Notes: generated by a model from the letters alone, not told the origin. DNA of 38,028 bases from Elusimicrobiota bacterium (GCA_016207565.1 JACQPK010000402.1:1-38028); one strand, 5' to 3'; shown: positions 17,407-26,191, counted from the stretch's first letter. A program made the numbers and translations.

Positions 17407-18470
17407 AGCAGGGAGTCATCGAGCGGTTCCGGGCCTTCTTGCCCGTGACCGACCAAACGCCGGTTGTGACGCTCCTCGAGGGCTCGACGCCGCTGCTCAA
17501 CGCGCCCCGGCTGTCGAAGGAGCTCGGCCTGCCCGAGACGGCGGTCTGGCTGAAGTTCGAGGGGATGAACCCGACCGGCTCGTTTAAGGACCGCGGCATG
17601 ACGGTCGCGGTCTCGAAGGCGGTCGAGGAAGGCGCCAAGGCGGTCGTCTGCGCCTCGACCGGCAACACCGCGGCCTCGGCCTCCGCCTACGCCGCGCGCG
17701 CGGGGCTCAGATGCGTCGTGCTGCTGCCCGACGGACAGGTCGCCGCCGGCAAGCTCGCGCAATCGTTGATCCACGGCGCCGAGGTCCTGGCGGTGGCCGG
17801 CAACTTCGACCGGGCGCTCGAGCTCGCGCAGCAGGCGGCCAAGGAGCTGGGGCTCGCGCTGGTCAACTCCGTCAATCCGTACCGCCTCGAGGGCCAGAAG
17901 ACCGCCGCGTTCGAGGTGGTGGAGGCGCTGGGCCGCCCGCCGGACTACCAGTTCATGCCCGTCGGCAACGCCGGCAACATCACCGCGTACTGGACCGGCT
18001 ACCGCGAGGTGGCCACGCGCCAGGGACTCGGGCTGCCCAAGATGATGGGCTGGCAGGCGTGGGGCGCCGCGCCGCTGGTGCTCGGCAAGCCGGTGGCCCG
18101 CCCATCGACGGTGGCGACCGCGATCCGCATCGGCACCCCCGCCACGTGGCTCGGCGCCATGCGCGCCAAAGACGAGTCCGGCGGGACGATCGCGCGGGTC
18201 AAAGACGCGGAGATCCTCTCGGCCTACCGGCGGCTCGCCCGGCTCGAGGGCGTGTTCTGCGAGCCCTCGTCGGCCGCCGGGATCGCCGGGCTCGTGAGGG
18301 CCTCGCGCGAGGGCTTGTTCAGCCAGGCGGACCGGACCGAGCTGCGGATCGTGTGCGTCCTCACCGGCCATGGGCTCAAGGACCCCGAGACGCCCAAGAC
18401 GCTGCCGCACAAGTGGAAGCGCGTCCCGGCCGATTTCCCCGCGCTCAAGCGCGCGCTGAAGACGCGATGA
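17403..18470 (+). CDS. thrC: Threonine synthase
   Basis: KFEGMNPTGSFKDRG (PLP Lys), CASTGNT, VNSVNPYRLEGQKT, PVGNAGN and LTGHGLKDP motifs. Confidence 0.96.
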   Translation: MKQGVIERFRAFLPVTDQTPVVTLLEGSTPLLNAPRLSKELGLPETAVWLKFEGMNPTGSFKDRGMTVAVSKAVEEGAKAVVCASTGNTAASASAYAARAGLRCVVLLPDGQVAAGKLAQSLIHGAEVLAVAGNFDRALELAQQAAKELGLALVNSVNPYRLEGQKTAAFEVVEALGRPPDYQFMPVGNAGNITAYWTGYREVATRQGLGLPKMMGWQAWGAAPLVLGKPVARPSTVATAIRIGTPATWLGAMRAKDESGGTIARVKDAEILSAYRRLARLEGVFCEPSSAAGIAGLVRASREGLFSQADRTELRIVCVLTGHGLKDPETPKTLPHKWKRVPADFPALKRALKTR

Positions 18471-19399
18471 GCCCCAAGGCCCCGCAGACCTGGCGCGCCT
18501 GGGCGCGCGTCCCGGCGACCACCTCGAACCTCGGCCCGGGCTTCGACGTGCTCGGGATGGCGCTCACGCTCTACAACGAGCTCGAGATCGACTTCACCGT
18601 CTCCGGGACCGTCGGCGGAACGTGCGCCCTGCGGATCGAGGGCGAGGGCGCCGAGACGCTGCCCAAAGACGAGACCAACGAGGTCGCGCGCGTGCTGAAG
18701 GCCGCCGGGCACCTCTCGAGCTACAACGCTCGGGTGCGGCTCAAGAACGCGATCCCCGTCGCTCGCGGGCTCGGGTCCAGCGCCGCCGTCCGGCTGGGAG
18801 CGCTGCTGGCCTCTTCCGTCTTCGGGGACCACGATGAGGAGGAGATCGTGGCGCAGGCGTGCGAGCTGGAGGGCCACCCCGACAACGTCGTCCCCGCGTT
18901 CTACGGCGGGCTGCGCTTGAGCCTCATGGACGGGGAGCGGCTCGTGCACGTGCCGCTACGAGAGCCGAAGGATCTCGCCGTGGTCGCCTGCGTGCCCGCG
19001 TTCGAGCTCTCGACCGAGAAGGCGCGAGCCGTGCTGCCGGACAAAGTCTCGCGCGCCGACGCGATCTTCACATCCGCGCGCGTGGGACTGCTCGCCTACG
19101 CCTTCGAGCGCCGGCAGTACCACTTGTTGAGGACGGCGATGCAGGATGTCCTCCATCAGCCGTACCGCCGGCCGCTCGTGCCGGGGCTCCGGCACGTGAT
19201 CGACGGGGCCAATGCCGCGGGAGCGTTCGGCGCGGCGCTTTCCGGGGCGGGACCGACCGTGTTGGCGCTTTCGCCGAAGGCGAAAGCGCCAAGGGTAGCA
19301 CGCGCGATGCAGAAGGCGTTTTTGTCTTGGCGCTCCGAGAGCCGGGGGCTCGTGCTCGGCATCGACACCAAAGGCGCGCAAGCGAAGAGAGTGGAATGA
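18467..19399 (+). CDS. thrB: Homoserine kinase
   Basis: VPATTSNLGPGFD, IPVARGLGSSAA, EGHPDNV, LHQPYR and LSGAGPT motifs. Confidence 0.96.
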   Translation: MSPKAPQTWRAWARVPATTSNLGPGFDVLGMALTLYNELEIDFTVSGTVGGTCALRIEGEGAETLPKDETNEVARVLKAAGHLSSYNARVRLKNAIPVARGLGSSAAVRLGALLASSVFGDHDEEEIVAQACELEGHPDNVVPAFYGGLRLSLMDGERLVHVPLREPKDLAVVACVPAFELSTEKARAVLPDKVSRADAIFTSARVGLLAYAFERRQYHLLRTAMQDVLHQPYRRPLVPGLRHVIDGANAAGAFGAALSGAGPTVLALSPKAKAPRVARAMQKAFLSWRSESRGLVLGIDTKGAQAKRVE

Positions 19400-20625
19400 G
19401 CGAGCTGATCGTCATGAAGTTCGGCGGCACGTCCGTCGCCGACCCGGAGAAGATCCAGCGCGCCGCGGAGCGCGCGATCACCCACCGCAAGAAAGGGAAG
19501 AAGGTCGTCGTCGTGGTGAGCGCACCGGGCGAGATGACCGACGAGCTCATCGCGCTGGCGCGGCGCGTGGCGCCGAGCCCGGACCCGCGCGAGCTGGACA
19601 TGCTGATGGCGACCGGCGAGCAGGTCGGCATCTCGCTGTTCGCGATCGCCTGCGAGGCGCGCGGGGTCCCCGCGACGTCGCTCACGGGCCCGCAGGCCGG
19701 CATCTTCGCCGACGCCAAGCACACGAAGGCCAAGATCACGCAGATCCGGCCCGGCAAGATCCACCAGGAGCTCAAGCGCGGCAACATCGTCATCGTGGCC
19801 GGGTTCCAAGGCCTCAACCCCCGCCGCGACATCACGACGCTCGGGCGCGGCGGCTCGGACCTGACGGCGGTCGCCCTCGCCGCGGCGCTCGAGGCGCGCC
19901 AATGCGAGATCTACACCGACGTCCACGGCGTCTACACCGCGGACCCCCGCCTCGTGCCGGACGCGCGCCTCATCGCGAGGATCTCCTACGACGAGATGCT
20001 CGAGCTCGCGGGCGCGGGCGCGCAGGTCATGCAGTCGCGGTCCATCGAGGTCGCCAAGAAGTACGGCGTGCGCATCCAAGTGGCGCACGCGTTCGACAAG
20101 CACTCGCCGGGCACTTGGATCATCGAGGAGGTCCCGTCCATGGAAGAAGCCGTCGTCACGGGCGTCGCGCTCGACCGCAACCAGATCAAGGTCACCATCC
20201 GGGACGTGCCGGACAAGCCGGGCATGGCGGCCGACGTCTTCGACATGCTGGGCAAGGCCAACGTCAACGTCGACATGATCATCCAGTCGGCGGCGCGCGG
20301 GCAGTCCAACGACATCTCCTTCACGGTCCCGAAAGACGACCATGAGTCGGCGATCAAGGCGCTCGAGACCGTGCAGCGCCGCCTCAAGACGGGCTCGATC
20401 GAGCACAACGTCAACGTGGCGAAGGTCTCCGTCGTCGGCGTGGGCATGCGCTCCCACTCCGGCGTGGCGGGCAAGATGTTTAGGACGCTCGCCGACAACT
20501 CGGTCAACATCCAGATGATCGCGACCTCCGAGATCAAGATCTCCTGCATCATCGAGAACGCGGACGGCGAGAAGGCCCTTCGCGTCCTGCACAAGGCCTT
20601 CGGCCTGGAGAAGCGGCGCCCCTAA
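19396..20625 (+). CDS. lysC: Aspartate kinase (alpha subunit, two ACT domains)
   Basis: MKFGGTSV, VVVVSA, AGFQG, TTLGRGGSD, YTDVHGVYTADPR and TSEIKIS motifs. Confidence 0.97.
   Translation: MSELIVMKFGGTSVADPEKIQRAAERAITHRKKGKKVVVVVSAPGEMTDELIALARRVAPSPDPRELDMLMATGEQVGISLFAIACEARGVPATSLTGPQAGIFADAKHTKAKITQIRPGKIHQELKRGNIVIVAGFQGLNPRRDITTLGRGGSDLTAVALAAALEARQCEIYTDVHGVYTADPRLVPDARLIARISYDEMLELAGAGAQVMQSRSIEVAKKYGVRIQVAHAFDKHSPGTWIIEEVPSMEEAVVTGVALDRNQIKVTIRDVPDKPGMAADVFDMLGKANVNVDMIIQSAARGQSNDISFTVPKDDHESAIKALETVQRRLKTGSIEHNVNVAKVSVVGVGMRSHSGVAGKMFRTLADNSVNIQMIATSEIKISCIIENADGEKALRVLHKAFGLEKRRP
20140..20625 (+). CDS. Probable in-frame aspartate kinase beta subunit
   Basis: Internal SD GGAGGT (20127-20132) before ATG 20140, giving MEEAVVTGVALD at the start of the ACT region. 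Confidence 0.7.
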   Translation: MEEAVVTGVALDRNQIKVTIRDVPDKPGMAADVFDMLGKANVNVDMIIQSAARGQSNDISFTVPKDDHESAIKALETVQRRLKTGSIEHNVNVAKVSVVGVGMRSHSGVAGKMFRTLADNSVNIQMIATSEIKISCIIENADGEKALRVLHKAFGLEKRRP

Positions 20626-21561
20626 GTGGATCCGGTCACCCACACCCTCGCCGGCGTCGCCCTGGGCCACGCGCTGCTGCGCGATCGCGTGGGTCCGAAG
20701 ACGACGCTCGTCATGGCGGTCGCGTCGAACCTGCCCGACCTGGACGCGCTCGTCCATCTGACGGGCGATCCGACGGCCATCCTGTGGCGCCGGACGTTCG
20801 GGCACTCGCTGTTTTTGATGCCGCTCTGGTCGGCGGGACTCGCCTGGCTCCTCAAGCGGTACTACGCGAAGAACGTGAAGATCGGGACGCTCTACGGGAT
20901 GTGCCTGCTGGCGTCGCTCGCGCACGTGTTCCTAGACCTCATCAACTCGTTCGGGGTCGTCCCGCTGTGGCCTTTCAGCGACTGGCGCCCGGAGCTGTCG
21001 ATCGTGTTCATCGTGGACCTGATCCTGACGGGGCTCTTGGCCGCGCCGCTCATCCTCGCCGGGCTGGGGCTCAAGCGGCGGCTCATGGGCCTCTCGCAAG
21101 CGGCGCTGGTCGGCGTCGGCGCCTACCTCATGTTCTGCGGCTCCGCGAGGAGCATGGCCCTCGTGCAGCTCTCGGAGGAAGCCTCGCGGATGGGGGTGCG
21201 GCCGGACTTTCTGTACGTCTTTCCCGAGCCCTTCGGCCCGCACCGCTGGCGCGGGGTGCTGCGAGCCGGAGACATCTACCGGCTCTACCTGATGAGGCCG
21301 TTCTCGGGCTGGCGCGAGGCGAGAGGCGAACGCGAGACGCTCCCCGACAACGATCTCGTCCGCTCGGCCCGGGGGACGCCCTTGGGCCGCCGCATCGACT
21401 GGTTCTGCAAGGCGCCAATCTGGACGGTCGTGGCCGACGGCCCCCCCGGGACTCCGCCCGAGGTGAGGGCCTCGGACCTCCGCTTCGCCAGCCTGCTCAT
21501 GGACTGGGGCCGGACCCGCCGCAACCCCTTCGAGTTCACCGTCCCGGTCGAGCCCCTGTGA
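20626..21561 (+). CDS. Membrane-bound metal-dependent hydrolase (YdjM/DUF457-like)
   Basis: MDPVTHTLAG, SNLPDLD, GHS, HVFLDLINSFG.PLWPFS and IVFIVD motifs. Confidence 0.87.
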   Translation: MDPVTHTLAGVALGHALLRDRVGPKTTLVMAVASNLPDLDALVHLTGDPTAILWRRTFGHSLFLMPLWSAGLAWLLKRYYAKNVKIGTLYGMCLLASLAHVFLDLINSFGVVPLWPFSDWRPELSIVFIVDLILTGLLAAPLILAGLGLKRRLMGLSQAALVGVGAYLMFCGSARSMALVQLSEEASRMGVRPDFLYVFPEPFGPHRWRGVLRAGDIYRLYLMRPFSGWREARGERETLPDNDLVRSARGTPLGRRIDWFCKAPIWTVVADGPPGTPPEVRASDLRFASLLMDWGRTRRNPFEFTVPVEPL

Positions 21562-21584
21562 CCAGGATGACGCAAACGCGTCGC

Positions 21585-21613
21585 TTGACCCTGTAACACG
21601 CCCCTGTTATAAC
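21585..21613 (+). promoter_or_regulatory. Sigma70-type promoter
   Basis: TTGACC-N17-TATAAC with extended TG; SD GGAGG downstream. Confidence 0.7.
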
Positions 21614-21643
21614 GGTAAGTGCTGCACCCATGGAGGCTCTCGA

Positions 21644-22354
21644 ATGACCTTAAACTGGCGGCTCCTAGCCCTGTGCCTGGCGCTCGCGACACCGGCCTTC
21701 GCGGATAACGACAAGGATAAGGGCGGGGAGAAGGCGCCCCCCTCCGGCACCGTACCTGCGGACCCCGGCGAGCCCGGCGGAGGGGCCACTCCGGCCGATC
21801 CCAGCGGTAACCCCGGCCACGGCGGCATCCCGCCCGGCCAGCGGCGCAAGGCCGACCGACTGGAGGACGTCCGAGACCGCCGGGAGGGTGTCCGCGACCG
21901 CCGCGAGAACGTCCGCGACCGCCGCGAGGACGTGCGCGACCACCGCGAGGACCACCGCGACCGGCGCGAAGACGTCCGTGATCGCCGCGAGGACGTTCGC
22001 GACCGACGCGAGGACATCCGTGACGCCCGCCACGACGGCGGACCGCGCGACCGGATGGAAGACGTCCGCGATCGCCGCGAGGACGTCCGTGACCGCCGCG
22101 AGGACCACCGCGACCGCCGCGAGGACGTGCGCGACCGCCGCGAGAACATCCGCGACGGCCGCGAGGACCACCGCGACCGCCGCGAAAACGTCCGCGACCG
22201 GCGTGAGAATCGCCGCGACCGCGGGCATCCGGCCGCTCACCGCCACGAGCGCGGCGGGCGAGGACCCGGCGGCGGACATGGCGGCGGACACGGCGGCGGA
22301 AACGGCGGCGGCGAGCGTCGGGGCGGACGCGGTCCGGGCGGCAAGCGTCACTAA
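21644..22354 (+). CDS. Secreted low-complexity protein with DRREDVR heptad repeats
   Basis: Signal peptide ending PAFA-D, about 16 heptads and a Gly/His/Arg-rich tail. Confidence 0.85.
   Translation: MTLNWRLLALCLALATPAFADNDKDKGGEKAPPSGTVPADPGEPGGGATPADPSGNPGHGGIPPGQRRKADRLEDVRDRREGVRDRRENVRDRREDVRDHREDHRDRREDVRDRREDVRDRREDIRDARHDGGPRDRMEDVRDRREDVRDRREDHRDRREDVRDRRENIRDGREDHRDRRENVRDRRENRRDRGHPAAHRHERGGRGPGGGHGGGHGGGNGGGERRGGRGPGGKRH
21854..22222 (+). repeat. Intragenic 21-bp tandem repeat (about 8+8 units separated by a 27-nt spacer)
   Basis: Consensus GACCGCCGCGAGGACGTCCGC encodes DRREDVR. Confidence 0.92.
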
Positions 22355-22384
22355 GGAACCAGGCCCCGTTCGGGCCGCCGCCCG

Positions 22385-22993
22385 TTGAGACACGACCCCG
22401 AGCGGTTCGTCACCTTCGTGCTGGGCGCGTTCGCGCTCATGTACTACTTCGGCGTGGGGGCGCAGATCGTGCGCGTCTGGCGCCGGATCGGCCGCTCCCC
22501 CGTCATGTGGGGGACGACCCCGCTCGAGAAAGTGCGGGTCCTCGGCGCCTTCCTGTGGCCGCTGCCGGTGCTCCTGTGGGCGCATTGCCCGGAGTGCTTC
22601 CGCGGGCTGCCGCGGTTCCCGTTCCTGGAGAGCTGGCCGATCCGTTTGATCGGGCTGTTCCTCGTCTGTCTGGCGGGGGCGGTCGTGACGATCGCCTACG
22701 GCGAGCTGGGCGACTTCTGGCGGATCGGCGTGGACCCCGGCTCGGGCGACGGCTTCGTGCGCACCGGGATCTACGGCTCGGTGCGCCACCCGGTCTACGC
22801 CGGGCTCTGGGCCTGCCTGCTCGGCTTTTTCCTGCTGGCTCCTAACCTTCTCTTCGCGATCCTCTGGGCGATCGGCTCCTCGGCGGCTTCCGCGCAGGCC
22901 GACTTCGAGGACCGCCACCTCACCCAGCGTTTCGGGAAGGCCTACCGAGACTACTCCCTGATCACCGGGAAGTTCTTCCCCCTCTGGTTTTAG
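22385..22993 (+). CDS. Isoprenylcysteine carboxyl methyltransferase/PEMT-family membrane protein
   Basis: Multiple TM segments, LGDFWRIG, TGIYGSVRHPVY, E..L..RFG..Y..Y and GKFFP. Confidence 0.85.
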   Translation: MRHDPERFVTFVLGAFALMYYFGVGAQIVRVWRRIGRSPVMWGTTPLEKVRVLGAFLWPLPVLLWAHCPECFRGLPRFPFLESWPIRLIGLFLVCLAGAVVTIAYGELGDFWRIGVDPGSGDGFVRTGIYGSVRHPVYAGLWACLLGFFLLAPNLLFAILWAIGSSAASAQADFEDRHLTQRFGKAYRDYSLITGKFFPLWF

Positions 22994-23062
22994 GCTGACA
23001 CGCGCTGACTTCTCACGCCTTGCATCTCGTCGGCCGGAGTGGCAAACTCTGACCAAGTCCCC

Positions 23063-23452
23063 ATGGCCCGCATCCTCAGCGTAGAAGACGACGTCGACCT
23101 CCAGCACATGCTGGCCATGGCCCTCCGGCTGGCGGGGCACGACGTGCTCTACGCCTACTCCGGCGAGGAGGGCATCCAGAAGGCGCTCGCGCTCGAGCCC
23201 GACATCGTGCTCTTGGACATGGCGCTCCCCATCTGCGACGGGGCCAGCGTCCTCGAGCGGCTCAAGGCGCACGCGAAAGGGAAGTACGTGCCCGTGATCG
23301 TCCTCACGGGGAACTGGAACGACCCCCGGTTCTGCGAAGAGAAGATGTCGGCGATGGGGGCGGTCGCCTACCTCAAGAAGCCCTTCCGCGTCGAGCGCCT
23401 GCGCGACGCGATCGCGAAGATCCTGAGCCACAAGAAGCGTCCGCGGGATTGA
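23063..23452 (+). CDS. Stand-alone CheY-like response regulator
   Basis: ILSVEDD, DIVLLDMALP..DG, VIVLT and YLKKPF motifs. Confidence 0.92.
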   Translation: MARILSVEDDVDLQHMLAMALRLAGHDVLYAYSGEEGIQKALALEPDIVLLDMALPICDGASVLERLKAHAKGKYVPVIVLTGNWNDPRFCEEKMSAMGAVAYLKKPFRVERLRDAIAKILSHKKRPRD

Positions 23453-23477
23453 CGTAACCCGGCCCTCCTGGTATAAC
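23449..23477 (+). promoter_or_regulatory. Leaderless-type sigma70 promoter of proC
   Basis: TTGACG-N17-TATAAC with extended TG, 6 nt before GTG 23484. Confidence 0.75.
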
Positions 23478-23483
23478 TCGCCC

Positions 23484-24308
23484 GTGCTGAAAGATAGATC
23501 CATCGCCGTGCTCGGCGCCGGGCACATGGGCGGAGCCCTCATCGGCGGGCTCGTGCGCGGCAAGCTGGTCTCCCCGAAAGACATCACGGCGACCCGGCGG
23601 AACCCGGAGGCCCTCGAGGAGCTCCGGCGCAAATGGGACATCCACACCGCCTCCGACAGCCGGCGAGCGGTCAAGGGCGCCGACATCGTGATCCTGGCGG
23701 TGAAGCCGCAAGGCGCCGGCGCGACCCTCGACGAGATCGCCCCGGCCTGCCGCAAGGACCAGCTCTTCATCAGCGTGATGGCGGGCATCCAGACCTCGTT
23801 CATCAACGCGCGCCTGAAGAAGCCCTGCCCGGTCGTCCGGGCCATGCCGAACACCCCCGTGCTCGTCGACGAAGGCGCCACCGCGATCGCCGCCGGCGCC
23901 CACGCGGGCGAATCCGATCTCAAGACCGCCGAAACGATATTTAAGGCCGTCGGCCGCGTCGAGGTGCTGCCGGAGAACCTGTTGGACGCCGTCACCGGCC
24001 TCTCCGGCTCGGGGCCCGTCTACATCTACATGGTGATCGAGGCGCTCACCGACGGCGGAGTGAAGATGGGCATCCCGCGCGCGGTGGCCGCCCGCCTCGC
24101 CGCCCAGACCGTCTACGGGGCGGCGAAGCTCGTCCTGGAGACCGGCAAGCACCCGGCGATCCTCAAAGACGAGGTCACGACGCCCGGCGGCACGGCCATC
24201 GCCGCGGTCCACGAGCTGGAGTCGAAGGGCCTGCGCACCGTCTTGATCGACGCCGTCGTGACCGCCACCAAGCGCTCCAAAGAGCTGAGCGACCTCTTCG
24301 GAAAATAG
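23484..24308 (+). CDS. proC: Pyrroline-5-carboxylate reductase
   Basis: GAGHMG, LAVKPQ, RAMPNTP, TGLSGSGP and VTTPGGTA motifs. Confidence 0.97.
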   Translation: MLKDRSIAVLGAGHMGGALIGGLVRGKLVSPKDITATRRNPEALEELRRKWDIHTASDSRRAVKGADIVILAVKPQGAGATLDEIAPACRKDQLFISVMAGIQTSFINARLKKPCPVVRAMPNTPVLVDEGATAIAAGAHAGESDLKTAETIFKAVGRVEVLPENLLDAVTGLSGSGPVYIYMVIEALTDGGVKMGIPRAVAARLAAQTVYGAAKLVLETGKHPAILKDEVTTPGGTAIAAVHELESKGLRTVLIDAVVTATKRSKELSDLFGK

Positions 24309-24351
24309 GGCTTGCGGCCGGCCCTTTTGGGGCTATCCTAGGAGGAGGCCT

Positions 24352-26010
24352 ATGCCCCCGACGGCCCTCCTGCTGGCGCTGGTTCTCTCCCCCGCCGCGG
24401 CTCAGCCGGCGCCGACTTTGGAAGAGGCCATCGCCGCGATCCGCGAGAAGGCGAAACCCGCGTACCTGGCCCCCAGCGACATCCGGCAAGCCGTCCCCGC
24501 CGCGGAGCTTTCCAGGCTCAACGACCCCGCGCTCAAGAGCGCCGATGAGCCCGGCGCCCGGCGCTCGAAGATCGAGCGTTTCCTCGAGGCCCTCGACGGC
24601 ATCGAGCGCCTCCAGAACGCGACGGCGCAGGCCCCCCTGGCGCCCGCCGAGAAGCACCGGCTCGTCGTGCTCATCAAGCAGCAGCTCCGCCTCGAGGACA
24701 AGGAGCACTCGGCGGCCATCGGCGTCTACCGGCCCGGACAGCAATTGCCGGGCCCGCTGCAGCCGGGTCCGGGCCGGGCCGAACCCGCCATGCCTCCTCG
24801 CGAGGCGCGGGTCGATCTCGGAAACGCGCAGGCCGCCGTCGGCCGCGTCGGCCCCGGCGACCCCTTCGGCCCGGCTCGCGACGCCGGCGCGCTGGGATCG
24901 GCCGCTCCCGCCGCCCCCGAGGCCCTCCGGCCGGGCGCCCCTTCGGTGTCGCCGATCGCGGCCAACCTCGCGGTCGCGCGCCGCAACCGCATCGAAGGCG
25001 ACCGCCTCGTCGAGGCCGAGTTCCGGAGCGCCTACCGCGAAAACGGCGGCGGGGCGATCAGCATCCAAGACGCGGTCAAGTTCTACGAAGAAGCGGGCGA
25101 CCGCGACCTGCGGCCGGGCGAAGGCGCGCTGGGCTACACCGCGCGCGTGACCGGCGCGACGGTCGCGAGGCATCTGCTCGAGGGCGTGGGCGAGGTCCAG
25201 GAGACGGTCCTCAAGCAGGCCTGGGCCACCGGCTCGACCCAGATGAGCGACCAGGGCCGGCGGGGCGTGGCGATCGCCGCGATCGGCGCCGTGGGCCGAT
25301 TCGCCACCGACGCGATCCCCGGAGGCGCCCAGGCGAAGACCGTGGCCAAGGTAGGCGTACAGACGCTCGAGCGGAAGGTCGCGGGGGCCGCGACGCGCGC
25401 GGCCGACGACAGCCTCGACTTCTCGGCTCTCGCCCCGCGGCCGGCGCCCGCGCCGTCGAAAGCCCCCGGCGATATCGCGGACCTCGACTTCACCGCTTCG
25501 GCCGCGGCCGGCCCCTCGCCGGCGCAGGACCTCGGCCGCTCCCTGACCGCCCAGGAACGCCGGGAGGGCCAGCTTCGCCACGCGGAGCTGCAGAAGTCCG
25601 CGGAGTACGGCAAGGTGCAGCAGGAATACCGCCGGGCGTATCTGGCCGGAGTCGAGCGGGAGCTGCGCGGCCAAGGACTGCGCCTCGACGACGTCTACGT
25701 GCACGGCACCGGGGCCCCCGCGATGCGCGGGATCGTCCGCACGCGCGGGATGATGTCGGAGACCAACGCCTACGGCCAAAACGGCGTCTGGGCCGTCGAC
25801 GGCGGCCAGCTCTCCGACACCTTCGCCTACGCCTGGCGCGCCGGGCCGGGCCAAGGCGAGCGGGCCGTCACGGTGATCATCCGCAAGGACACGGGTCTCG
25901 TCCCCGAAGGGCAGATCTTCAACCGCAACCCCACGATCGACGACATCGCGGGCTTCGTGGTCACCGACGGCAAGACCTCGACGTTCCTGCCCCCCCAGCA
26001 GGTCCGCTGA
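24352..26010 (+). CDS. Secreted protein with a possible ADP-ribosyltransferase-like C-terminal domain
   Basis: SD AGGAGG and a signal peptide, a central DAIPGG..K Ala/Gly helix region, and C-terminal YVHGT...I...G...GVW...FAYA...VTVII. Confidence 0.6.
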   Translation: MPPTALLLALVLSPAAAQPAPTLEEAIAAIREKAKPAYLAPSDIRQAVPAAELSRLNDPALKSADEPGARRSKIERFLEALDGIERLQNATAQAPLAPAEKHRLVVLIKQQLRLEDKEHSAAIGVYRPGQQLPGPLQPGPGRAEPAMPPREARVDLGNAQAAVGRVGPGDPFGPARDAGALGSAAPAAPEALRPGAPSVSPIAANLAVARRNRIEGDRLVEAEFRSAYRENGGGAISIQDAVKFYEEAGDRDLRPGEGALGYTARVTGATVARHLLEGVGEVQETVLKQAWATGSTQMSDQGRRGVAIAAIGAVGRFATDAIPGGAQAKTVAKVGVQTLERKVAGAATRAADDSLDFSALAPRPAPAPSKAPGDIADLDFTASAAAGPSPAQDLGRSLTAQERREGQLRHAELQKSAEYGKVQQEYRRAYLAGVERELRGQGLRLDDVYVHGTGAPAMRGIVRTRGMMSETNAYGQNGVWAVDGGQLSDTFAYAWRAGPGQGERAVTVIIRKDTGLVPEGQIFNRNPTIDDIAGFVVTDGKTSTFLPPQQVR

Positions 26011-26012
26011 CA

Positions 26013-26043
26013 GTCTCATCTGGTGCGACGCACCAGATGAGAC
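26013..26043. terminator. Perfect 14-bp stem-loop right after the stop codon, no U-tract
   Basis: GTCTCATCTGGTGC-gac-GCACCAGATGAGAC. Confidence 0.55.
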
Positions 26044-26054
26044 GATGCGTGCGG

Positions 26055-26083
26055 TTGACAAATCGCGCCAGGCCCGGCATAAT
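26055..26083 (+). promoter_or_regulatory. Sigma70-type promoter upstream of the rnd leader
   Basis: TTGACA-N17-CATAAT. Confidence 0.75.
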
Positions 26084-26191
26084 TCAGGGACGGAGCGCGA
26101 CCGGGCTCCATACTAGAGACGGAAGGGACCCGGCGCAGCACGGATAGCGGAGTCTCGCCGAGAGGCTGACGGCCCCGCTTCCCGCCGAAAG

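Noticed and set aside
21591-21615. Third copy of the ECF promoter (CTGTAAC)
   Set aside because: It lacks the T-run and G(T/A)CTATAGG, and lies inside the spacer of a good sigma70 promoter.
21854-22222. CRISPR array
   Set aside because: The 21-bp units are contiguous with no unique spacers, vary at codon level within an ORF, and no cas genes are present.
26088-26190. tRNA (including tRNA-Sec), SRP RNA, or c-di-GMP/SAH riboswitch
   Set aside because: There is no T-loop GTTCGA, no CCA end, no GGAAGGAAGCAG SRP motif and no GCAAA elements. It is kept only as an unknown structured leader.
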